A DNA stretch of 62,758 bases, filler included, from Sphacelaria rigidula (lineage: Eukaryota): the NCBI GenBank assembly GCA_964200075.2. It is 5 parts of 5 records of this genome, joined end to end, with 100 filler letters (N's around TTAATTAATTAA, not from the genome) between each part and the next. Parts side by side here need not be neighbours in the genome. Positions count along the whole stretch, not along the records: positions 37,721 to 50,189 come from CAXNAA020003733.1; positions 50,290 to 62,758 come from CAXNAA020003734.1; 3 more parts are not named here. One strand, written 5' to 3'. The notes below the pieces were generated by a model, which was not told the DNA's origin, did no database searches, and saw nothing but the letters and a program-made list of their open reading frames with translations. Each line of letters begins with the position of its first letter. The first letter of the stretch is position 1. Below, one piece after another: positions 38,320-51,655 of the stretch. The position numbers were made by a program, and so were the translations under genes.

Positions 38320-39041
38320 AAAAATGAAGACGGCTCAGAGTCGACTCCTGCGACTACGGCCGTTGATATCCACACTGTTTGTTTCGAAGGTATCATAATT
38401 TTTTAGACTTCTCGGACCCTTGCGTTCAGACTTCTCTCAAATCGGAGTGGCTTGAATGTTTTCGCGGAAGCTTCACTTTTGGAGAAATCTGAAGAATTCG
38501 GACTGCAACGCAGCACTTCGGCTACCCTGCTCCGTGTATATGCCGTGGCGCTTGCAAGCGTTCGACAGTCATCACGTACCTTGCAAGTCCCGAGAAATTC
38601 GTAGATATCCTGAAAACTAGCACCGATAATGATGAGCCATATATTAAGGCTTATTATCATTGACGCTGGTTTTCGGAGATCTCTGAAATTTTTGCGGGAC
38701 TGGCAAGATACCTGGTGACTTCTCGAACGCTTGCGAGCGCCACGGCGTACACACAGAGCAGGTAGCCAAAGTGCTGTATTGTAATCCGAATGTTTCAGAC
38801 TTCTCCGAAGTGAAGCTTCAGAAAAAAATTCGAGCCGCTTCGTTTTCAGAGAAGGCTGAACACAAAGTCCGTGAGGTCCGGAAAATTCTGAGATTTCCGA
38901 AAAACAGGGTCGGTAGTAGAGGGGGCCCAAGTTCCGAATATAGCGACTCAGAGTCCACTCTTACGATGCGACTAAACTCAAAAAATGACGACGACTGAAA
39001 ACAGCGACCAAGACTCCCACGACTCTGAGTCGTGGTCGTTT
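38320..39041. mobile_element. Older, largely palindromic MITE (~720 bp)
   Basis: Inverted arms are centred near 38643 (AGCACTTCGGCTACC..GTGGCGCTTGCAAGCGTTCG / CGAACGCTTGCGAGCGCCAC..GGTAGCCAAAGTGCT). Outer IR ACGGCTCAGAGTCG / CGACTCTGAGTCGT. Confidence 0.7.
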
Positions 39042-39631
39042 GACGTGTCAACGATTTCTGTACAACAAGTCTGTGTGCGTCTGTAACTTATAGTGCATCG
39101 GCTATCGTTTGCATGATGTTGCCCTGGCTTGGAATTGCATGTATGTTGCATATAAAATGCAAAATTAGTGACTTTTGCGGGTTTTCGATGGGGTGCTGAC
39201 CATTTGAACAAGATACGGCAGATACATATCTTGTGTCCTTCAACCAGCCATCAATCGAATGTCCCAAGGCATAGCAGCAAAGTATTATCTGGTCATCAAG
39301 CACTAGGAGAAGGATATATGATGAGTGTGGCCGTGTTGTAAGCTGCACGAGGTCCAGTAGTTTGCTCCCACTTCCCTCAAGTAGCATTAGGCGTGTCGAA
39401 GAATTCATTTTCCGGTGGTGTACATCACTGCCAAACCGTCTCCTCATCTATCTACCGTTGCGTCACCAAGCACTTGATTATGAAAAAAATATTTCGCCGA
39501 ATCCTGACCATGGCCGGCTAGAGTACTTGCCGACCCCCAAGAATGCTCAGCAGGAGTCTCCCGACCTCGACTTCTCGCTAACATGTTGCAGCATCCTCTG
39601 GAAAATGCTTGGGTGACCGTCTCTCACGCAG

Positions 39632-39814
39632 ATGCTGCACCCGAACCCCACGAAGAGGCTGACTGCTGCACAGGCACTGGAGCACCCGTGGGTGAGTCGT
39701 TGCGCTCCATTAGTCCGCAGACAGGTGGAGAGGGCCCTACGCGAACACGCTCGAGCGACCGATGACGAAATCCTGGCCCGCGTGCGACACCTGTCGCATG
39801 ATGCGTGTCGGTAG
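39632..39814 (+). CDS. Ser/Thr protein kinase (CAMK/CDPK-like), C-terminal exon with subdomain XI
   Basis: CAG acceptor followed by MLHPNPTKRLTAAQALEHPW, the canonical subdomain XI motif. It either reads on to the stop at 39814 or splices at GTGAGT after 39691. Upstream exons not found on this contig. Confidence 0.8.
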   Translation: MLHPNPTKRLTAAQALEHPWVSRCAPLVRRQVERALREHARATDDEILARVRHLSHDACR

Positions 39815-40207
39815 GCGCTGAGCGCTGAGTGACGGGGTCGTCGCCCGAGACTCTAGTGAGAACTTTGTGAAACGTGAAATTGTTACGAACTTTGGAATGT
39901 CTGAATACTTAGCTTGAGCAGACGTCAGCGTACGATTTTCTCTTTCTTGTCGGTCTGAGGGGAAATGCGTAATTCTGCACAATATGTAAGTAGTACAGTC
40001 CATTGTACACTCTCAACAGCAGCAGGAGCAGCAGGTACTAAGGCAAACGAATTTTTCCAGATTTTAGACAACGGGCAAATGAAGGTGTCATGTGAGGTTC
40101 CAGCGAAATTCGTAGGTGGCGGTGTTTGAAGACGTGGGATGGGCCAGGTAGAGGTGCAGAGTTTGGCGGCGTAGAGAATTTTGAGCAATGGAGAAGGTAC
40201 GTACCCC

Positions 40208-40780
40208 GAAGTATCAAGGTAGGAGATGCGTGACATTAGAACCGTGGCGCAGTAGGCAGTGGCCGCTGCTTCGCCGCTCTCTTTAGGCAAATGAACCGAC
40301 ATGATGACGCGTAGTCGATGACACTTATTGGCATGGGATCCCTTAATCCCCCGGAATAATAGGAGTAAAATTCGGGGATGCGTAGAATTACATTAGAGCA
40401 ACGCGGTGGCAGGCAGTGCCAATTCCTGTGCCAATTCCTCGAGGCACTTGAACCGGTACCGTGGTTGCAATGAAAAAGGTACTTTCCCGGAAGGAGACCA
40501 AGGTAGGAGATGCGGGGCATCAGAAACCTCGCGCAGTAGGCAATGATGGCTGCTTCGACGCTCCCTCTAGGCAGACGAACAGACATGGTGCGTAGTCGAT
40601 GAGACTTGCTGGCGTAGGAGCCCTCGATCCTCCCTCCAATGGTCAAACGCCTATGGCAAGAAACAAATAAGTACCCCCCCACCCCCCTCCTACCCCCCTG
40701 CGTAACATAGCTTTGCATTTTCAACGCGGAGGCAGGCAGTAATCATTCCTTTGACAATCCCTCGAGTCACTTGAACAGGT
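40208..40780. repeat. Degenerate ~287-bp tandem repeat, interrupted by a partial 75-bp element
   Basis: CAAGGTAGGAGATGCG..GCGCAGTAGGCA..GCGTAGTCGATGA at ~40215 and ~40499. CAACGCGG.GGCAGGCAGT..CCTCGAG.CACTTGAAC at ~40400 and ~40722. Insertion at 40636-40697. Confidence 0.7.
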
Positions 40781-42769
40781 GTGGTGGGTGGGATGCCCTC
40801 GGAGTAGTCAGTCCTGAATACGTTACGGTCAGCTGCACTCTCTTCTTTCAAGAAACTCGGGTGCTGCGCTACGCTAATGTGTCTGTTTTCAAATTCAACT
40901 TCGCGCTGGTTGCGGCATTACGTCACCATGAGATACGGCAAATGCATAAATACTGTTGGTGGGGGTTTTTGGCAGGCTAGCCCACGTTTTGAGCCCACGA
41001 AGTCTGGTGCCTGTGTGGTGAGGAGTGGGGGGGGCATGAGGAGGGATCGGGGATCGGGGTAGTCCCATCGATTACAATAGAGGGCACGATAGCCAAGTCA
41101 CGGATGCCCACATGATGGTAAAAAAAAGTCAAGTACCAGAGTGTTAGTTTTGAGTTTGCGAGTATGATGGGAATATTGGCAGGAGAAAAGATTATTGGTG
41201 ACATACGATAAGTTTTATTTCTAGTTGTTACAGGAATACTGTCAGAGTGTTTGATAGGATTCACCGTTCCTTCGCGCTGAGGAGACTGCGGTGTACCGGA
41301 AGAAGCCACGCCAGACACAGTCCGGGGTGAGACAGCATGGAATGAGGGCTGTAGGAAAGCGATACGATGTTGTGGAACATTTCGCTGGCAAAATTACACC
41401 CCGTATTGATTCACTGGCGTGATTAATATTGGACATATCGTGGGCGCTGCAAAGGGGGAACTTGGATAGGTGTTATTTTTTCTATTTCGCATTGTTCAGT
41501 CGCCACCCGCAGATGCCCATTTTTTTGTTGGGTTTGAATGGATATCCTTCCCGTTTGATGGAACCAGCGGTAGTCAGAGCCTAAGGTTACACGTACTACG
41601 TGCCTCAGGGAAGGGCGGCGAGGAAGCGATTGTGTTACGGGACATTTGCTGGCAAATACGATGTAAGATAAGTCGGACGACGAGTGCAAAGGCTGGTGAA
41701 ACCTTTCATTAGTGCCTCTTGGTCGCTGACGAGTTGTAGGCGTACATCCTGTGTGAATCGTAGGTGGCGAGGCGGGTAGGTCGTTGGCACGGTTATGTCT
41801 GTCACAGCACGGCCTATACTGTCTTCATGCTTGGGGTTGCAGTCTTGCTTATGGAAAGCGGACCAGCAACATTACTCAACCCTCACTAGAGCGCCCAGGA
41901 CTACCCGTTTGTGTGCGTTCGGATCAAGAATAATATCGGAGACAGGAAGTAGTCAAGAAGTGAACCTCCGGTACTGAACACCTTGTCGAGTCTTTTCTTG
42001 CACACAGCAGCAATGGTCCAGCGTATGGTAGTATCTACTACTCTAGGGTCTGCTGGTTGGCTATTTAGTGTGTTTGAGAACATACCGACCGACCGTGATT
42101 TTCGCCGACGTTTTCCCTGCCACCACTTGAATGGTGGACGTTCAGAAATGAATCGAAATTGGCCCCTCAACACAACCACGGTGTCCTATCCTACTTTGTC
42201 CTTGTTGTGGACTTCATCGTTTGCTTATCTAAGTGCGTGTTGTCTCGCTTGCGTGTGTTTTCGCGACGGCGATACCGTAGAGGGCCTTGAGATATCACCG
42301 GGGGCACGCAATAAGTCTCAATTCGTTCGTGACTGAACATGAACGTCTTGGAGGTAAATATCGCATACATGTGAATCTCCATTGACGCACTCTTTCCGTC
42401 ACGATCATCCACGGATTTGCCGAGTGAATCGCTGTCGTATATAAGCATCAGCTCCCAGATGTTGTGGAGGCGCTGACTACCTGAACCCTCTTGCGGTTGC
42501 CCTTCGATAGCAGCAGTATCCCAAGCTCAAAGCTGCCACAACGTTGCACGACGTACGGTGCAGCGCGAAAATGCCTTGCCTCAGCCATATGCATGGGTTG
42601 CCGGACGCTCAGGCCCATGGGATCAAGCCAGGGAAAGAAATGGGAGGATGTTACTGTACTGCGGTATATACGCCGGCTTGTCAACCAACAGTCGATTCGG
42701 TCGCTCCGTGAAATTCCCTTGTCGTACGGGACTGAGTAATGCCCGACAAGATATGAAGATGAGAAGAAA

Positions 42770-42930
42770 AGACCCAGCCGTGGTCATTATCCAGGGAGAC
42801 GTATAGACGTACCCAAGCTCAACAAAACGGGAACCGCTCGCTGAAGAAGGAAGGAAGTGGAGAGAATAAAATATGGAGTAACCTGAAGAACAGATAGGGG
42901 AGTGCGAGGAGGACTACGATAGGGGAGCGG
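42770..42930 (-). mobile_element. LINE 3' UTR remnant
   Basis: Minus strand CAGCGAGCGGTTCCCGTTTTGTTGAGCTTGGGTACGTCT..GGATAATGACCACGGCTGGGTC matches 36791-36860. Confidence 0.65.
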
Positions 42931-42940
42931 GGAGGTCGGG

Positions 42941-42971
<31 letters not shown>

Positions 42972-44864
42972 AGAAGGCTCATGGATGTGTAGGACGATCC
43001 AACACACTCGCGGTGCGCTCGTATTTGCGTGGACGCGGTTTCAAGCAGTATGGATGAGGGTTGTTCATCTGTGACAACCGCGTTCGCGGAAGAAATTCCC
43101 CCGAATACCCCCCCCGTCCTCCCCTATCGTAGGATGACTCGTACCCACAACACGAAAACGTCACACACGGCGAACTCCCACAAATAGACCCACCACCGAC
43201 CATCCCGCTTTACGCTCCCACATCTGCAGTACATGGCGACCAAAGCGTCAGGGATCAGGGGAATATGTGGTGGCTCATAAACCCGAAAAGTGGTCACACA
43301 TAATCGACACGGGAAAACCGCAAACAAGCACAAGAGCAGGGAACACGTATGAAACACCACTTCGACATTCGCACACAGCACACATTACCGTTCTTGAAAT
43401 AACATTATCAAGTCCGTATTTATCATCAGTTCATCTGCGATACTCAACACGCATCATTTGAAGTAGGGGTAACCATCACGATGTTGACACCACTCATCAC
43501 ATACTTTAATACGTTGGGCAGTCATGGAACAAACGCTCCACGCGAAGTAGCTTTCACCTTACCCGCCACTCCCACAGGTGCAACAAAAACAGTCAACGAC
43601 ACTCCCAAGTGAGAGTGTCAGATCTATATACTAATACTTCATTTCATCCACACGGTGTACTGTAGCAGCACGACACTACGGGTGTTGATGCTGCGAATGC
43701 CATGCACAACGTGTCCCGCTAACAGAGGTGGGTTTACCCGCGTTCGGCGAGAATTAGCCATGGTTGCCACATGTTTTACTTCTTTCTCAAGCCATAACGT
43801 TAACTCCTCCGATCACAGTGTGAGGCACTTGGAGAACCTTGCTGCCGAGGAATAACGCACGAACGACAAGCCACGTGGCAATACGCCTTCTCTGGGATAC
43901 ATGGACTCGACTGAAACGTGAGCATCATCATACTTTCGTTAAGGTTGAAATACCACCCTACTGCCCCGCGGCGCAACGTTCTCACGAACTCAACATCCAA
44001 ATGATGAAACAGAATCTACGTTTTCCACGCATTGAACTACAGTACAACACACAAGTTATCAATCAGAAGCTGCATGCCACCTTTCCCTCCTGTCAAAAAA
44101 CCTCGTAAACCTCTTCACCGGACTATTACACACAAACACAACCCCCCGCCCCCCCTCCCTCTTCTCTCTCCCTACGCGCACTACAGCCCTTCATACTTCC
44201 AAATACAAGGCTACTAAACAAATAGGGGAAAATGTGGATAAACCTCGAACTTTGTTAATCATTCGTTATAGTGCGCGTATCCTCTCGCACCGCGAAGCAG
44301 AGCAAGAGCAATCAAGTACGTGCGATGTACTAGCTGCACTGCTTCCCGTCACTCAGGTGAGGCCGCGTCTGCTGTTTCATGTTGCGACGGTACAGTGCGC
44401 TGCTATTCGCTTGTGATGGGATAAATGTGTCTAGAACCCCTTGCTTATGACGCAAGAAGGCGATTACAACCCTTCTGGCGTTGCCAAATTTGACCGACCT
44501 GTGCCTATACCCCTTGCGTTACACCCAGCAGCGAAAAACAACTCCTATCGTATATACATCTGAGGACCGCCAACACTGGTCCCATCATAGGTGCGTTCCT
44601 CCAGTACCAACGACAGCATGAAGGTGCACTCTGACCTGTTGATGGATACGGGTGTTCACCGCGCACGAGTAAGATGCTGGGGATAACCCTATTTAGATGC
44701 AATGCACTTGACAAAGCACCCCCTCCTGCCCAAAACATTGATTCAAAAACGAGCTACTCGAGGATGAGACGTCCATCTGCTCTCCAACCACAAACTGTTT
44801 CTTTTTCGCAACAGCGACTCACAAGAGGGAGAACAAAAATGAAAAAGCATTACGCTTTCGCAAG

Positions 44865-47800
44865 TCAAGAACCTGATGAAGACGCCTGCTGATGCACGTG
44901 CCTGTGCCTTCTCCTTCCGAGCGTGTCCGCCAAAGTTACTCCACTTACCCCCCCGCCACCAAGACTCACAGTGCCATTTTCTTGTCCCTCTCGACTTTCA
45001 GCGGCACCAACAACAATACCATTATCATCTTCACCACAATCATGGGATACAGCTTCAGCAATAGCTGCTGCAGCTGCTTTCGTTCCAGGCGACGTGGGAG
45101 CGTGTCCCCCTCCACCGCTAACGCATATGAAGCCTCCCACGACCAGTAAAGCTCCGGTGATCGCCAGTCCCTTGGGGTGCTTGCGGTGCAGCACGAAGTC
45201 CGTGAGGAAGGCTATGGGGATCGTGAGAGACAGGCCCACCGTTGCGACTGTCGGTGTGGTGAGCAGGATGGCTCTCGCCCAAACTTTGTTGTGTTGGTTG
45301 TGTCGTTTCAAAAACGAGAGCACACGCAGAGGGAAAACAAAAAGAGATAAACAGGAGAGGGGGGGGGGGGGGGGCGTTGAAAAGCTGCTCAGGTAGCGTA
45401 CGCAAATATTTGTACTCCAGATGAACTTTTGGACTAGAAAAGGACAATACTAACGCTGGAGCAAACAGAGCTACGCATTGCATACGGACATCGATAGACG
45501 CCCATCATTACATGTCGACACCATTAGAAGTCTATCATTACATGTCCTCATCGTCGACCACACCACCTTCAGCATCACTGTACTCACGCAATTCTGAGAG
45601 AACGTTGTCCAGCAGCGCTTTCACCACCACCATCTTGAGCACCTCGAGGTTCATCCCTTGCAAAGAATGAATGCCAGGAGCTAGAGCAAAGAGAAGCAAT
45701 AATGGGCTGCCGTATCGTGCCACGCCAATGATTGATTGTCGAACACGTGTGAACCGGGTCAGCAACAGAAGCACCAGCACCAGCACCAGCAGAAATAAGG
45801 GAAACAAAGTAGGTTATCAATCGTCACGATGAGCACAGGCGCATACAATTCGATCACTGGGGTACCTCAAGCTAGCAGTAACAACAATAGCATCAGATTG
45901 ACGAAACTCACACAAATAGCAATAGGCAGCCAGTAGAGACACAGAACGACAAGAGGGAGAAATAGTGCTTCACACAAGCAGCAAGCGAAACATTTAGTCG
46001 CTGATAGATGAGTGGAGCGTGCGGTGAATACTACTTATAGACGTTGGATATCGACCAAAAGGAGTGCACGCAGGAGCACCAGAAGCAACCATAGCGCGGC
46101 TAGATAGAGCAGCGCAGTTAAGACGGTATTTTGCAAATTGGGGATGAATTTTTTATCAAGAATGAGAACCCGGAGAATCAAAATCTTCGTTTTCACACCA
46201 AATCTTCGAAATATAGTTCCACTCCTACACCTACTGGTGGCTATTGACAACCACTACACGCCATACAAATTTGGATTCTGATAACCGACATGTTGGGGTC
46301 CTAGGTGAAGAAGCAGTTTGGGGGAATTTAGATGATCCGATCAGATCGCCGAATTTTCCCAAAATTGCTTCTTCACCCAGGACCACACTATTTCGGTTAT
46401 CAGAATCCAAATTTGTATGGCGTGTAGTAGTTGTCAATAGCTACCAGCAAGTCAAGAAAAAGAACCGTATTTCGAATATTTGGTGTGGATACGAAGATTT
46501 TAATTCTCCGGGTTTCTCATCGTCGATAAAAAAATCCATCCCCAACTTGTAAAATCCCGTGTTAGATGGCAAAGTCGTAGCCAATCGTCATGAGGCATAA
46601 AACGCCGAGTATTACACCGATCACGAGGAGTTTCGACGAGCACACGCCGATCTTCGAAGAGTATCCAATAGTGTCGAGGGGAACACACTGGTAGGGGGCA
46701 TGCAGGAGACACAAGCCTCTCGATCAACATCAATCTTCGGGTTGAGAGGATTGCACGTGCACCAGAGGGAGCAAGAACCAGAAACAGAAGTAACTCACAA
46801 GAGAAGGATCCCGTTAATGACGCCCACGTAGCCCAGGACGAGGGGCATCGAAACTGCATCATCGCTAGGAGCCGCCTTCGCCAACATTGTGCTGTACACA
46901 CCGTACTGCGTCGTCACACACACACACACATACACCCGCCCCCAACGAAAAGACCGACACCATTCGAAAACGCACAAGGTAGCGAATAACAAATAAGGCA
47001 ACGCGCTTAAACCATGGATGCTTTCACATTGCAGTGTCAGCAGGGAACAACAGCACCTTTGCACCCGAAATTAGCACGAGCAGAGAATCTGAACAGGTAC
47101 ATAGCGTCCATAGCCAGCTTCGAGGTGGGGGACAACTGGGCATTGTCTCCAACAAGCGTGGGGCTGCGGCAGAGATCACTGCTCAAACCGAAAGGCCTGG
47201 TACTACCGAAGTAGACCTCCAACCATCTTGAGTAAAGGTTGGGGTATGAAATCAGGCTGGTACCGGGAGAAAGATGGGTCGTTTCCTAGAGATAACGCAC
47301 TGGTCCCGAGGAAGGACAGATTTTGAGAGTATGACCAAAAGAGAAACAGACACAAAAGATCGTTTCATAGTGTAGGTATAGATGCACAGGAACAGGAAGG
47401 CAGGTAATCCAAAAATCGACAGCGCCGGATTGGTACTACACGGTGGTGAGTGCAGTAGACACCACACTCAAGACTGTACGAAGTGTTGCTTACCCCGATT
47501 GCCGACACTAATGCGGCCATGTCACCCAAGAAGTACTCCTCTCCTCCGCTGTCTCCTAATCCAACCTGTCAATATATACATAACACACAGGGGAGCACAG
47601 CGATTGTAAAAGTGGTCAAACACGAGGAAGGCAAAGGACCAAGAGAGGTACAGTACAACACGCGCTACCTGAAGCTGTTTCGGAATCCTTGAATAGTATA
47701 CAATAACCAATTCCATTTACTTTTTTTTGGTGTCAAGGCTTTCACGGACTTTTATATATATATATATATATATATAGCCACGGCATACTGCCACTTACAG

Positions 47801-50020
47801 GATGTTGATCTTGGCGTGCAACTCCAAGGTGCTAGTGTGCTACAGGCGTAATACCCTTGTTGACGATGACACGCGTTGCAATGGAGCAAGCATATCGCTG
47901 GACTATTGCAGTGACGGAGGGTACCCCGATCACACCAATCCGCTTCGTGACCAAATAACATAAACTCCAACCGTGTGGCGTCACCAATACCTCCGACTTG
48001 AGCATGTGCAGCCTTGAACGCCTTGAACGCGGCTGGTCCACAAAGCATATCCACGATTTATAATTAGAACCGACAATGAGTCCTGTCGTAAGTACGGATG
48101 GAAAAGACGCTAAAAATTATACAAAGAGGAAATTTTGAACTGGTATATGAATAATATTCCCCATTGATCACCGGTATAGGCGGATATCACGATAAAACGA
48201 ATCAAGAGATTTTACTCGTGTACTGGGATGGAAACTTGCCCCCAAAAGAGACGCCTTGCAACTAGTTGTGTCGGGGCAACATAAAGATAAAAGTGTCCAA
48301 ACCGGCTTGCCCGCCCTCCGCTCTCGAGTCGGCTCACCGCGACTGCGCCCGCGAGAGCCAGGGCCACACCAACGGCCTTGATGGAAGTGTAAGACTCGGT
48401 TTTGCATATGACGTTGAACACGAACGTGAAGAGCACCGACGAGTTGCTGATGATCGTGCTGCTCGTCACGCTACCCACAACGCATTGTTCGAACGCAGAG
48501 GGGGGGGGGGGAGCAGACAGACAGACAAATAAAAGGTGAATCAAAGGGGAGACACGAAACAGGCAGATAGATCGACTGCCGGAGACGGGCAGAGACTCAA
48601 CACGCGAGAGCAAACTATCAGACAGAGAGAGACAGAGAGAGACAGAGAACAAAACGCGAAGCAAGAGACTCACTTTCGTCCCATGCCTGCTCAAGTCAAC
48701 CTACGCACGTACTAGAAAAAAATACTGTGAAACCTGGTGTCAGCCAGCGAGACGACGTAGGTCCACTGCGATAAGAACCACACGGGAGCCAGGAGAAGAC
48801 TGAGCTTGACATGGAAGAGGTGACTCCGCAGAGGTGAGGGCTCTGTGCCGGTCAACCAGATGCCACGAACGAAGGGGCACACAACATGTTCATGGTTCGA
48901 TGACGGTTTCGCATCACCACAACGGCCACGGAAGCAAGAAAGTCGCAAAAGAGAACGGCGCGCGCGCAGGGGGCGTGGGACAAGGGAAGGATGGCGGGGG
49001 TGAGACAAGTATCCTCCAACATGGGTTCAGCGAACGTGGCAGCTTCACAACAGTGGGGGTAGAAAATGACACACCTCGGTGGTCAAATTGGTACAGCAAC
49101 GGTCAGTTCGTACAACATCTGTAGGTTCAGCTGGCAAAAGATACTCGTATGATCTTGTCGTGTCGTGCACAATCTGCCTTCCGTCGTCAAACTTGTCAGG
49201 ACGTTAGTAGGAAGAAACAAATCGATTATACTATAGTACACGGGCTGCGAGACCAATCGTCCGATGCTCTGTCGCGAATTGTGAGCTTTGTGCCGGGAGG
49301 GACAGATTAAGAGCTTGAGGTTACGGGCTTGCCTCGAGGGGGGGAGGGGGGAGGAGGCGGTCGAGAGCATGACATGAAAGGACGAACAGGTGTTTCAATA
49401 TCAAGCGTAAACCAGCAAATAATCAAGCCTGACAGGTTCTCAACGTTGGAAAAACAGACAGGACACGGTCCACACACGATGTATATATTTCCGACAGCGT
49501 GGGATAGCCCCCGTACCGTGGGAACATGGTCTAGGCGGCCCAGCTCCAACAAGAGCTACCGCAACAACGGACGCAAAGCTCAGAGTAACAAACAGAGACA
49601 GAAGCACAACGACAACAATGACAAGAGCAGCAGCAGGGGCTGCGGAGAAACACGTCTGCACAAAATGTCACGGTACTTTACGCTGTCGGCACATGGAAAC
49701 AACCGGTTGGGTTCTACAACGCCAAAGAGTATTTGAAGCAACTCAAGTTGAAATTGTGCAACAGTCACGACATCCAGTAGAGACAGAAGACCCACCGCTG
49801 TCGCCGCTGCCAGCATGGGCATGAGCACCAGCCGGAACGACAACGGCGTTCGTGGCTAAAGTAGCACTACTAATGAACGCTACGCTGCTCCGGCTGTCGG
49901 CCACGCGCTCCCCGCCACTATTGATACCATTAACACAATCGGTGTCGCCAGCGCTGACAATATTTCCTGCATCGCCGTCCAGCTCCCTATAAATCGCTTC
50001 GGTACCGTGTGCCGCGTTTT
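44865..50020 (-). CDS. SLC35F5: Drug/metabolite transporter superfamily protein, SLC35F5/THI74-like; 7 exons, 5' partial
   Basis: Phase-consistent exons: 50020-49796, 48842-48734 (KLSLLLAPVWFLSQWTYVVSLADT), 48470-48338 (SVTSSTIISNSSVLFT..), 47565-47494 (..LGDMAALVSAIG), 46905-46799 (YGVYSTML..LGYVGVING), 45706-45588 (..KALLDNVLSEL), 45283-44865 (WARAILLTTPTVATVGLSLTIPIA..stop). Confidence 0.9.
46122..46561. mobile_element. Fully palindromic 440-bp MITE in an SLC35F5 intron
   Basis: Arms of ~210 bp, e.g. GCTATTGACAACCACTACACGCCATACAAATTTGGATTCTGATAACCGA / TCGGTTATCAGAATCCAAATTTGTATGGCGTGTAGTAGTTGTCAATAGC. Flanks TAA / TTA. Confidence 0.85.
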
Positions 50021-50097
50021 CTGTCATGAAGATGAACAGAAAATATGCAGTACAGTAGTGCCGGCCGGTAACGAGGAGGAAATACAGAACAGAAGTG

Positions 50098-50177
50098 GGG
50101 GGGGGGGGGGGCGCACCCAGTTGTTCCCTCCCTTTAGCGTTTGGACATTGGCCGCGACCCCCTTTCGAGGCGGACAC
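50098..50177 (-). repeat. Divergent relative of the 75-bp GAAA-hairpin/poly-C element
   Basis: Minus strand reads GTGTCCGCCTCGAAAGGGGGTCGCGGCCAATGTCCAAACGCTAAAGGAGGGAACAACTGGGTGCGCCCCCCC. Confidence 0.65.
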
Positions 50178-50189
50178 GGGGGGGGGGGG

Positions 50190-50289
50190 NNNNNNNNNNN
50201 NNNNNNNNNNNNNNNNNNNNNNNNNNNNNNNNNTTAATTAATTAANNNNNNNNNNNNNNNNNNNNNNNNNNNNNNNNNNNNNNNNNNNN
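50190..50289. other. Artificial contig-joining linker
   Basis: N44-TTAATTAATTAA-N44. Confidence 0.97.
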
Positions 50290-50719
50290 CAGACACTGCG
50301 CGCCTACAGTACGACATGCATTGTTGTACAACCATAACTTGTGCAGCACCATCACTCTGCGGCCGCGGCAAAACCGACTGTAACCGAAAATGCGATTTCA
50401 GCCGTTTCCCCCCCCTATTTCTGCCGCACATGCCACCCTCAACTCTCTACATTTCGCAGCTGACTACCGTTTGGTATTTCGTTTGACGGGAACTTGTCAG
50501 ATCGCAGTGCTACGTGAAGTGAAAGACGCGCGTTGATTTGCAGATTGCCGCGATGTATCATAGTAGGCACAACTCGCGATATATCGTCAGTCGGAATCGG
50601 CTGAAGGAAAGTCCGCTTCTTAGGCGGCCGAGCCTGTAGTGTCTTGAGAAGAAAAAAAATTCCCATACATGACATTGCGGAATGATTCATTTCAGAATAA
50701 TTTCACCTCTTCTTGGATG

Positions 50720-51405
50720 GCATAAATCTCGAGATGAGTATTGATAATTAAAAATGAGCAACGGCCATGGCTTTGGTATTATGGTTGGGTATCCGGTATG
50801 CGTGTGTGAATTTTCGTGTTGTAACTCGTAGAGACCATCAAAGAAACGTGGGAAACGTGGAAACATCAGGATCTTCGAGGAAGAGTATCTTGTCGATTCG
50901 ACGGTAGCCCCATGGTGACCAAGGGGTGTCAAGTGAAAATTTACAGCCACGTGCGCATTCAAAACACCAACATAACAATCGTTTTTTTGGTTTTTTGGCT
51001 TTGAACTCAATACATGTACGAGGAATTACTGTTTTTGGAACAGTTCTCCTCCCCCCCCCCCTCCCCCCAGTCCTCCGGATGTCAAAATATCTCCATTCGA
51101 GAATAGAACACGACAAATGGGAAATCGTCACGACACTTGCCATGCTAACTGTGCACACGTGTGCGAAATTTCACTTCGCATTCTGTATAAGCCATGAAGG
51201 GAAGAGCTAGAGATGTGAAGACATCCGAATTTCTGATGGAAAAACATTATGCTTCGTTCGGCGACGAGGGCCGCTGAATATGACGTGAAATTGGCAGTCA
51301 CCTGTGCATTCGAAATACCGAGAACATGAAAGTAGTTTCTTTTCGCTTTTTGGCCTGTGAAATCAATACATGCAAGAGATAGTAGTTTTCGGAACATTTT
51401 CCCCG
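50720..51405. repeat. Degenerate direct tandem duplication (~360-bp unit)
   Basis: GTGAAA..CAG.CAC.TG.GCATTC.AAA.ACC..TTTTTGGC.T.TGAA.TCAATACATG..GTTTT.GGAACA occurs at ~50933-51042 and ~51285-51396. Confidence 0.6.
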
Positions 51406-51576
51406 AGAGCTGCGAATCGTAGCAAAAGATAATGCAGTCGAAGACACTCCGAAAGCACTACGCGGTAATAATGCACCCTGCCGCGAGTACTGCGAGCAGC
51501 AGCATCACAGACTGGCGTACACGCGCTTGCTCGTCATGTCTGGGCTGTGAGGTGTGCGTGTGGCTGTAAAGCGTGT

Positions 51577-51655
51577 GGGAGGGGGAGCGTACTCATTTGT
51601 TGCTTGCCTCAGACGTTTGACCATTGACCACGCATCCCTTTCGAGACGGAGCACC
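51577..51655 (-). repeat. 75-bp GAAA-hairpin/poly-C element
   Basis: Reverse complement of the consensus (GCGTACTCATTTGTTGCTTGCC..GACCATTGACCACGCATCCCTTTCGAGACGGAGCACC). Confidence 0.85.
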
